Shown here: positions 9,420-15,597 of the stretch, piece after piece
How positions within the stretch are numbered: position 1 is the stretch's first letter
Layout of the letters: the number at the start of each line of letters is the position of its first letter
Source of the DNA: a virus
DNA: 45,229 nt
IMG/VR virus record: IMGVR_UViG_3300045971_000674
Location: 1 to 45,229 of that record
Reading direction: 5' to 3' (one strand)
Notes under the pieces: model-generated
Seen by the model: the letters and a program-made list of their open reading frames with translations, nothing else
The model's database searches: none
What the model was told of the DNA's origin: nothing
Made by a program: the position numbers and the translations under genes

Positions 9420-9773
9420 CTATAAATCGCGCGTGGTGGGTGGTGTTGAGTCTCCATCTTCGTCGAACTCGGCACGGAGGATGGCCTTTGCAAGCCACTT
9501 CTTGGCCACCTCGAGTGGAATGCCGTGCACGTTGCTCATCGAGTCGACCTTCTTGCGCTTGCCTTGACCCAAGTTGCGATGCGCATCGCTGTCATCGAGC
9601 CGCTGCAGGTAGAGCTGGACGATGTAACTGTCGCCTGTTGCGCCGTTGGTTCTCGTGTCGAAGAGGAGGAGCAGATGCAGCTCGCCCTGTCGAATGCGGT
9701 AGGACTTGTCATCTGCAATCCAACGTGCGTTGAAGACCTTTCTGAGCATCATGCCCATCTGGATAGTGTTCAT
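9420..9773 (-). CDS. Hypothetical protein
   Basis: 117 aa, ATGA-coupled to the upstream 419-aa gene, with phage-like codon usage. Confidence 0.7.
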   Translation of the reverse strand: MNTIQMGMMLRKVFNARWIADDKSYRIRQGELHLLLLFDTRTNGATGDSYIVQLYLQRLDDSDAHRNLGQGKRKKVDSMSNVHGIPLEVAKKWLAKAILRAEFDEDGDSTPPTTRDL

Positions 9774-11029
9774 GTTGTCACCTTCAGACCTATCTTCTGC
9801 ATGAGGGCTGGCAAGTTGTCGAGGTACTCTTGCGGAACTCCGTCGATGCCATCATGCACCATGATCCCATGGTGGCCAACCTCTTTCCAGATGGCGTAGC
9901 GAGCTTGTCGTTCCCATTCGAAGTAGCCCGAGAACACGAGCTTCTGGTTCGTGCGAGATGGGTGCAGCCCGTATTGGGTGATGCAGACCAGGCGGCGCGC
10001 ATCCGAGTACTGACGGGAGATGCGTCGAAGCCTCATTCCAATTGCGTCGAGGTTCTCCACTGACAGATCATCAGTGGCTTGGATGACGAGGTCTGCAGTG
10101 ACCGAGAATCCATTGTTGCCTGACAGAATGGCGGGAGAGATGCGGGAGCCGTTGGCCAGACTCATGCACAGCTTCTTGACGATCGAGATGTTCTCGTCGG
10201 TCCATTGCAGACCCATGAGAGCACACAGCTCTTGGCGGAATGCTTGCTTGTCCTTCACTGAGCGCACGATGTCAGGATAGAAGAGCAGAATTCGCTCCTC
10301 CGACTCCGTGCGCTGGAGTTGTGACAGGAGGTATTGGGTGTAAGCGGCCTCGATATCGATGCCCGGGCCGAACAGTTGCTCACGTAACCATGCTGGCCAG
10401 GTCTCGATTGCAGCGACCGGCCACACAGAGGTGTCACGTTGCTGCAGCTTGCCAGATCGTTGGAAGATGAAGTTGACCTCGGTCTGTCGAAGCAACCAGT
10501 CGGTGGCTGCACGCAGGTCGGCACGATTCTCTTCAGCGAGGCGAAGTCGAATCGTCTCGGCGTTCTGCTGTTGGATGTGTACCTTGGAGATGGTCCCATC
10601 ATCCGGCCGTTCTGGCGGAACGTAGAGGAGACCGAGACGGATCATGCCCTCACCGAAGTTTCGGCCACCAGCTGGGGCGTACTCGATGTTCTTGGGGATG
10701 AGGGTGGAGACCTCATGCGCACCTTCACCGAAGTTGAAGCCGATCTGCTTCACCTCGAAGAAGTAGTCAAGCACGACGCGGTAGTCGTGTACCCAATCAC
10801 GCAGCGTCATCAGCCGGAACGGCACCTCACAGAAAGCACGTGGCTTGTTGGAGATGGCGCAGTGTTTGACAGCAGTGGCGTGGAGCTGCGCGAGATAGAG
10901 GATCAAGTCCTGCCGATCTTGCATCTTGCTGCGGTGTCGCCGCTGCTTGTCAGGGTAGAAGTTGCAGACATGCAGCGGGTCTGCGGGGTGCAGATCCCGA
11001 TTGGCTCTGACCTTGTAGACCGTGGTCAC
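9770..11029 (-). CDS. Divergent family-A/T7-like polymerase-fold protein (TV-Pol-like)
   Basis: 419 aa with ordered motifs SGKLQQR, GIDIEAAY (motif A-like), KKLCMSLANG (motif B-like), YFEWERQ and IMVHDGI (motif C-like). GTG start coupled to the upstream ORF. Confidence 0.6.
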   Translation of the reverse strand: MTTVYKVRANRDLHPADPLHVCNFYPDKQRRHRSKMQDRQDLILYLAQLHATAVKHCAISNKPRAFCEVPFRLMTLRDWVHDYRVVLDYFFEVKQIGFNFGEGAHEVSTLIPKNIEYAPAGGRNFGEGMIRLGLLYVPPERPDDGTISKVHIQQQNAETIRLRLAEENRADLRAATDWLLRQTEVNFIFQRSGKLQQRDTSVWPVAAIETWPAWLREQLFGPGIDIEAAYTQYLLSQLQRTESEERILLFYPDIVRSVKDKQAFRQELCALMGLQWTDENISIVKKLCMSLANGSRISPAILSGNNGFSVTADLVIQATDDLSVENLDAIGMRLRRISRQYSDARRLVCITQYGLHPSRTNQKLVFSGYFEWERQARYAIWKEVGHHGIMVHDGIDGVPQEYLDNLPALMQKIGLKVTT

Positions 11030-11175
11030 TTTGCCGTGCTTGCTGCCGAAAGTCGCTCGAGTTCTGCACGCACCTGATGCAGGCGGTTGAGCAGTTCGGC
11101 GTGGGTAGTCGGTCGTTGCGCAGCGTAGCTCTGCATCTTGATGATGTAGTCGCGCATGTGTTCGTAGTTGTCCAT
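11026..11175 (-). CDS. Small hypothetical helical protein (49 aa)
   Basis: Below the ORF-track cut-off: MDNYEHMRDYIIKMQSYAAQRPTTHAELLNRLHQVRAELERLSAASTAK. It exactly fills the gap, with TGATG and GTGA overlaps at its two ends. Confidence 0.7.
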   Translation of the reverse strand: MDNYEHMRDYIIKMQSYAAQRPTTHAELLNRLHQVRAELERLSAASTAK

Positions 11176-11582
11176 CACTTGGTCCTCATGATCGCCATGG
11201 CCAGATCGTGGTACTCACGGTGAAAGCGCTGCTCCTTGGCAGCGCGGTTCTTCTGGGCGGTGTTCATCCATTCCCAGGCCCGACCCGCTTCGGCCTGAGC
11301 GGCCACGTAGTCCTGCGGTTCACCGCGCTTCGTGGGCAGGCGGGTGATGTCCTCGAGCCGTTGGCACAGCTCCTTGATCTTCTTCTCGCAGGCCTCGCGC
11401 TTCTCGACCAGCTCGGGCGCCACCTTGTAGAGGTCGCCTGTGACACGGCTGCGCGTGGCAACGGTGGCGATGATGAAGTGGTCGAGCATCGTCTCTTCCA
11501 TCTTCAGCTCGGCCAGCAGTCGAGTACGCTCCTTGCCTTCACCACTTCGGGCGGGGCATTCGCGGTAGTGTGCATAGCTCAT
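11175..11582 (-). CDS. Hypothetical coiled-coil protein
   Basis: 135 aa with an AAGGA RBS and strong GC3 codon bias. First gene after an extended -10 promoter. Confidence 0.75.
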   Translation of the reverse strand: MSYAHYRECPARSGEGKERTRLLAELKMEETMLDHFIIATVATRSRVTGDLYKVAPELVEKREACEKKIKELCQRLEDITRLPTKRGEPQDYVAAQAEAGRAWEWMNTAQKNRAAKEQRFHREYHDLAMAIMRTK

Positions 11583-11604
11583 GGCTGTTCCTTGTCAGAG
11601 AGCC

Positions 11605-11613
11605 ATTATATCA
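11605..11613 (-). promoter_or_regulatory. Sigma70-type extended -10 promoter (TGaTATAAT), probably early
   Basis: The minus strand reads GTGATATAATGG about 23 nt upstream of the 11582 start. No good -35 element. Confidence 0.6.
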
Positions 11614-11889
11614 CGCAACCGAGCGCTTGAGTTGCTTGTAGATGCCCTTCAGGCTGTCCTCACGCACCAACAGTTGGTAGGTGGGCGGATTGAAGGGATC
11701 GGTGGGGAATGGGTTCTCGCCTGGCAAGACACCCTTCGGGTCGGAATGGATGCTCGAGGCACTCAGCTTCGTTCCACCGTGCTTGATCACCTTGTAGCCG
11801 GCTTCCTTGATGTCCTTGCCCTGCTCGGACAAACTGACAGCCAACCCCATAGCTGCGCGACGCAGCCGCTTTGCTTGTCTACCGTTCAT
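11611..11889 (-). CDS. Small basic hypothetical protein (92 aa)
   Basis: Start re-assigned to MNGRQAKRLRR (ATG at 11887-11889), immediately after the stop of the 197-aa gene. It ends with KGIYKQLKRSVA. Confidence 0.7.
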   Translation of the reverse strand: MNGRQAKRLRRAAMGLAVSLSEQGKDIKEAGYKVIKHGGTKLSASSIHSDPKGVLPGENPFPTDPFNPPTYQLLVREDSLKGIYKQLKRSVA

Positions 11890-11890
11890 G

Positions 11891-12484
11891 TCACATGATC
11901 CCAGAGTAGCGTGGGTTGATGGTCGTATCGACCCAGTCTGGGATGTAGCCCAGGTTGGTGCGATAGAAGAGCACTTCCCAGTTTGTAGCCGAAGCCGTCC
12001 CAAGCTTCGACAGCTTCGGGCGGACGATGATGAACTTCACTTCATCGGGCTGGCGCAGTCCACGTACAACGATAGGAGTCGCGACACCACCGATTGAGAT
12101 GATTGTATCACCGCTGCCACCAGATTGCAGCGAAAATGCAGGTAGCGGGAGCTGGATGGAGTGCACTACTGATGGGTGCGGGGTCGGCAGGGCTCTCAGC
12201 CCCTTCGTCTGTTCGCAGAACCTGACGATGGAGTTGAGGAAGGCGAAGTAGGTGAAGTCATTCACACCACTCTGACGGATGATCTGTCGTAGCGTTTCCT
12301 TGTCGGGTGGTGTGTAGTGTTTGGCTGATCGTTGACGGGCATTGTAGGGCCCGAGAAACTCGACAGCCTGTGACAGCATGTTGTAGTGGTGACCGATGAC
12401 GGGGATCAGGTCAGAGAAGCCGTGCTCATTCGCAGGCCGCTGCGCATCGAGCCGAACGGCCCAGCGTGGGAGAGTTGATTCCAT
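11891..12484 (-). CDS. Hypothetical protein resembling the N-terminal (WED/REC) half of TnpB, with no RuvC
   Basis: 197 aa. AVRL...HYN, P...S.Q, IISIGGV..IVVRG...VKFIIVR...WEV follow the order of TnpB N-lobe motifs. The CDS is well supported, the family call is tentative. Confidence 0.45.
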   Translation of the reverse strand: MESTLPRWAVRLDAQRPANEHGFSDLIPVIGHHYNMLSQAVEFLGPYNARQRSAKHYTPPDKETLRQIIRQSGVNDFTYFAFLNSIVRFCEQTKGLRALPTPHPSVVHSIQLPLPAFSLQSGGSGDTIISIGGVATPIVVRGLRQPDEVKFIIVRPKLSKLGTASATNWEVLFYRTNLGYIPDWVDTTINPRYSGIM

Positions 12485-12486
12485 GA

Positions 12487-13083
12487 TTAGGCTGGTTGAA
12501 ACCAGAAGTCGGGAAACTTGAGGAGGTCCTCAAGGTAGTGGATTGCGAGGGTCCGGGCGAAAGGTGCTCGTCCGGTCAGGGTAAAGAGCGCAGTTGGTGC
12601 GAATGCAGCCCGGCTCTTGTCATGGTAGATGTCAAATGCCACGAAGATTGGCGTGTGATTCCATTTGAAGATGAGGAGCGGGTTCTTCTCGATCTTCTTG
12701 GCATCGACGACGATCTCCTCATACCACTTCCAGACATTGGCAGTGCCTGAGGCGAGTGAGGTGAAGTTGTCAGGTGTAGCGTAGGACTTGCACTCGATCG
12801 CATGCAGGAAGGTCAGACCCTCCTTGCGTTCGTTCACGGGCACCACGTCGCCGACAAAGATCTTGAGGGCATCTTCGCCAAGCATCTGTCCAAGGGTCTC
12901 GAAGTTCTTACCGCCTACGCGAGCGCCAGAACCAGGTGTACGCATGAAGTTGAGGGGTTGCAAACCTGCGATTAGCTTCTTGGCGACGGTGCCTTCGAAG
13001 CCGTTGCCCTTGGCCTTGCCGCCGCCAGGTCGCATCTTGCGTTTGGCGGGTTTAAGCGCCACAGGTTTTTCTGTATCAGCCAT
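12487..13083 (-). CDS. PD-(D/E)xK nuclease, Holliday junction resolvase-like
   Basis: 198 aa with KAKGNGFE, RTPGSGA, GDVV and IECKSY...W, the Hjc-like phage resolvase pattern. Confidence 0.8.
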   Translation of the reverse strand: MADTEKPVALKPAKRKMRPGGGKAKGNGFEGTVAKKLIAGLQPLNFMRTPGSGARVGGKNFETLGQMLGEDALKIFVGDVVPVNERKEGLTFLHAIECKSYATPDNFTSLASGTANVWKWYEEIVVDAKKIEKNPLLIFKWNHTPIFVAFDIYHDKSRAAFAPTALFTLTGRAPFARTLAIHYLEDLLKFPDFWFQPA

Positions 13084-13112
13084 GAGAGTAGATTGTAGGG
13101 TGGGGATGCAGG

Positions 13113-13118
13113 TATTTA
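13113..13118 (-). promoter_or_regulatory. Late promoter TAAATA upstream of the resolvase
   Basis: GTAAATAC on the minus strand 30 nt upstream of the 13083 start. Confidence 0.55.
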
Positions 13119-13136
13119 CAACCTACCCAACCTGTT

Positions 13137-13799
13137 TCAATCGTCGTTCTGTGCCAACGAGATGTAGAAGAGACCAATACCCCGCATGGCATTGACGGTA
13201 ACGTCGAACACTCCGCCTTCTTCACGAATGAATTCGTCAGCCATCTTCTTCAGACGATCCTTCGCATCGTTCCAATCAAGTGAGCCAGTTTTCTGCTTGC
13301 GCACTAGATCCAAGCGGATCACTGATGCACGATGACTCTCATCTGCGGGCATGAACTTCAACGTGTATGGTGGAGTTGTGCCATTCTCTTCATAATGACT
13401 TTCCTCGGCGTACTTGAAGTTCGTGTACAACTGCTGGGCCAGATGGTTGAGGATCTTCGGGCTCTCTTGAAGCAGACTTTCCTCAAGCGGTTCTTGCTTC
13501 AGCACGAGGTGCCGCTTTTCAGTACCGCCCAGCCACGTTGCAGAAAGTGGATGCAGCCCACCATGAATGACTTGGTTGATGACGTCACTTGCTCGTTGGA
13601 ACGCCGTTACCCAGCTACTGTCAGTCATTCCCGCCGGGCGCACACAACGAATACACAACGTAGAAGTTGCCGGTAGATCAAAAGCTTGCCTGGTACCTGG
13701 CAGTAACCGATCAAGCTCGCAAGTAATCCCCACGTAGCCCAACGTTTTCTCGACAACGGGAAAGATTCCTTTTGTGACGTTGTCAGAGAAGCTCGCCAT
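13137..13799 (-). CDS. Hypothetical protein
   Basis: 220 aa, TAATG-coupled to the upstream gene. No recognised motif. Confidence 0.7.
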   Translation of the reverse strand: MASFSDNVTKGIFPVVEKTLGYVGITCELDRLLPGTRQAFDLPATSTLCIRCVRPAGMTDSSWVTAFQRASDVINQVIHGGLHPLSATWLGGTEKRHLVLKQEPLEESLLQESPKILNHLAQQLYTNFKYAEESHYEENGTTPPYTLKFMPADESHRASVIRLDLVRKQKTGSLDWNDAKDRLKKMADEFIREEGGVFDVTVNAMRGIGLFYISLAQNDD

Positions 13800-14269
13800 T
13801 ACTTCTCTTCGATGTAATCAGCTTCGAATGTCTCGGTGGACGAGATGGCGTAGATGAAGTTGTCGCCTTCGGTGGTGCGGATCAGATAGTCGCCATTCTT
13901 CAGCTTGCCGACCTGGCCCTCGAGGTCCACCTTGGTGGTGTCGCCATCGTACTGGAATGATTCGACATCACCTGCTTCGCGGTACAGCTTGTAGCCTTCG
14001 GCATCTTCGTTCTGCTTGGCCCGGACCGGCTCGTATTTCTTGTTAAACTTGTCACTGTCGAACTTGCCGACAAGTTTGCGCTTGTCATTGGCGTCCTTGT
14101 AGACCTCGTAGCGCTTCGGGTCAGAGCCATCAATCACACGAGCCTGGAACGTGGCAGACGAGACGTAGGTCTTGACCTTGTCCTTGTTGTCCTTCCACAG
14201 ATCGGAAGCCTTCTTAGTTTCGATGGCTTCTTCTGAGACGATGGTAAGCAATTCTTGGAGCAGTTTCAT
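13799..14269 (-). CDS. Acidic/Lys-rich protein with a PGDYG-like C-terminal motif and capsid-targeting-like N-terminus
   Basis: 156 aa with an AAGGA RBS. It starts MKLLQELL...EE and ends KNGDYLIRT...YAI...FEADY. Confidence 0.7.
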   Translation of the reverse strand: MKLLQELLTIVSEEAIETKKASDLWKDNKDKVKTYVSSATFQARVIDGSDPKRYEVYKDANDKRKLVGKFDSDKFNKKYEPVRAKQNEDAEGYKLYREAGDVESFQYDGDTTKVDLEGQVGKLKNGDYLIRTTEGDNFIYAISSTETFEADYIEEK

Positions 14270-14739
14270 TTCGTTTCCTTGATGTTTAGCGAACGACGCA
14301 ATTTTGCACTACACTGGCGCAGTTCTCTCTGTTTCAGCTTGTTGTATTTCTGGAGAGATATGTCAGCGCCTTGGTAAGTAACGGTCTCGGGGTCGTCTGG
14401 CAAAATGCCATGCTGACGATAACTGTCAAGATAGTTTTCAAGCCTAAGTATATGGGTAAGTTCTTGATCAAGATCTACTCCTGCTATTTCGGCGCGCCGT
14501 TCTACTTCCCGAAGCGGCAGATGAATTCCTGCAACTTCTAATGTATGCTGCAGGGATGCTTCTAGATCTGCTAGCTCTTTACGCTTCTGTGCAGCTTGGA
14601 CATTTAGCTCCGCTGCTTTGACATTGTCCTGGGCTATTTTTATCAGGCGGCGGCGGCTTGCCGCCGCACTGTATAAGCGATACGCAGCATAGATTGCTGC
14701 GACGGCAACGATCTCACCAACAATCTCGTTCAACTTCAT
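14266..14739 (-). CDS. Hypothetical protein with an N-terminal hydrophobic helix and coiled coil (157 aa)
   Basis: Start re-assigned to MKLNEIVGE (ATG at 14737-14739), because the longer track ORF overlaps the endonuclease. Visibly more AT-rich than its neighbours. Confidence 0.65.
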   Translation of the reverse strand: MKLNEIVGEIVAVAAIYAAYRLYSAAASRRRLIKIAQDNVKAAELNVQAAQKRKELADLEASLQHTLEVAGIHLPLREVERRAEIAGVDLDQELTHILRLENYLDSYRQHGILPDDPETVTYQGADISLQKYNKLKQRELRQCSAKLRRSLNIKETK

Positions 14740-14750
14740 CCCAAGGCCCC

Positions 14751-14822
14751 ATAAATAGCTGTGTGCCACGGGTTGCAGCCCTGCACACTCTAGTTCGAGA
14801 AGGGAACCAGCATGACTATTTA
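14751..14822 (+). promoter_or_regulatory. Late promoter and structured 5' leader of the GIY-YIG gene
   Basis: ATAAATA at 14751-14757, then a GTGTGC...GCACAC stem enclosing GGGTTGCAGCCC, then a GTTC-GAGAAGG-GAAC hairpin over the RBS. A reverse TAAATAG lies at 14816-14822. Confidence 0.6.
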
Positions 14823-15597
14823 CAGCATCTACCGCCTGACCAACATCCTGACAGGTAAGGTCTACATCGGTAAGACAACCACCGCTCTGAAAAATCGGCT
14901 GAAGGGTCATCTTCGTGATGTGTCCGAGGGTGCGCAGACAATTCTGCACCGATCAATCCGCAAGCATGGCTTCAGCAACTTTACCGCAGAAGTCATCTTC
15001 AACTGTTTTCGGGAAGAAGATCTGTCTGACATGGAGAAGTTCTTCATTGTTGAACACGACTGCTGTCTACTAGATGGCAAAGACAAAGGTTACAACATGA
15101 CCCGAGGTGGTGAAGGCTTCTCATCCGAAGAGGCTGGAAATCTAGCACACCGTTTACTTGAAGAGGGTAAGCATCCATGGCAAGGAGAACGTGGATCAGA
15201 AATGGCGAAGGTCCGAGAAGCAAAGAAACTTGCCGAAGGCAGACATCACCTTGCAGGAGAAGCTTCATTCGATCTTCATAGTCGAATAGCTAAGGCTCGA
15301 GTTGCAGCTGGAACACACAATCTTCAGGGTCCAGCTGGCGCAGCTAAAACATCTGAGCAGCAGAAAGCGCTCGTGTCCTCAGGAAAGCATGTCCTACAAG
15401 GTGAACGTGGTAAGGCAATGCACGCTAGACTTCTAGCAGAAGGTAAGCACCCCGGTAAGAAGGTCTATGACTGCCCGAACTGTGGCAGATCTGGCAAGGG
15501 AAACCGGTTCAAAGGTTTCCACTTTGCCAAATGCAAGTCACTCACCAATCACGCTCGAGAAGCCGTTCTCTTTGCGAATAACGATCTCGCGATCTAG
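14812..15597 (+). CDS. Free-standing GIY-YIG homing endonuclease (Seg-like)
   Basis: IYSIY...KVYIGKT, conserved R and E, GYNMTRGG, repeated GxH units and a C-terminal CPNC...H...C zinc finger. Antisense to all flanking genes. Confidence 0.92.
   Translation: MTIYSIYRLTNILTGKVYIGKTTTALKNRLKGHLRDVSEGAQTILHRSIRKHGFSNFTAEVIFNCFREEDLSDMEKFFIVEHDCCLLDGKDKGYNMTRGGEGFSSEEAGNLAHRLLEEGKHPWQGERGSEMAKVREAKKLAEGRHHLAGEASFDLHSRIAKARVAAGTHNLQGPAGAAKTSEQQKALVSSGKHVLQGERGKAMHARLLAEGKHPGKKVYDCPNCGRSGKGNRFKGFHFAKCKSLTNHAREAVLFANNDLAI

Noticed and set aside
9421-9427. TATAAAT as a late promoter
   Set aside because: Lacks the final A, overlaps a stop codon and points antisense into the early operon with no downstream gene.
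11890-12003. N-terminal extension of the 130-aa track ORF
   Set aside because: Overlaps the 197-aa gene. The ATG at 11889 directly follows that gene's stop.
11891-12484. Active IS200/IS605 element
   Set aside because: No tnpA, no RuvC or zinc-finger half and no terminal hairpins. Kept only as a possible domesticated fragment.
14761-14811. HDV-like/theta ribozyme in the endonuclease leader
   Set aside because: I could not build the nested double pseudoknot, and no tRNA is adjacent. Reported only as a structured leader.
14740-14949. N-terminal 70-aa extension of the 227-aa track ORF
   Set aside because: Overlaps the GIY-YIG gene and its leader. The ATG at 14739 gives a more plausible start.
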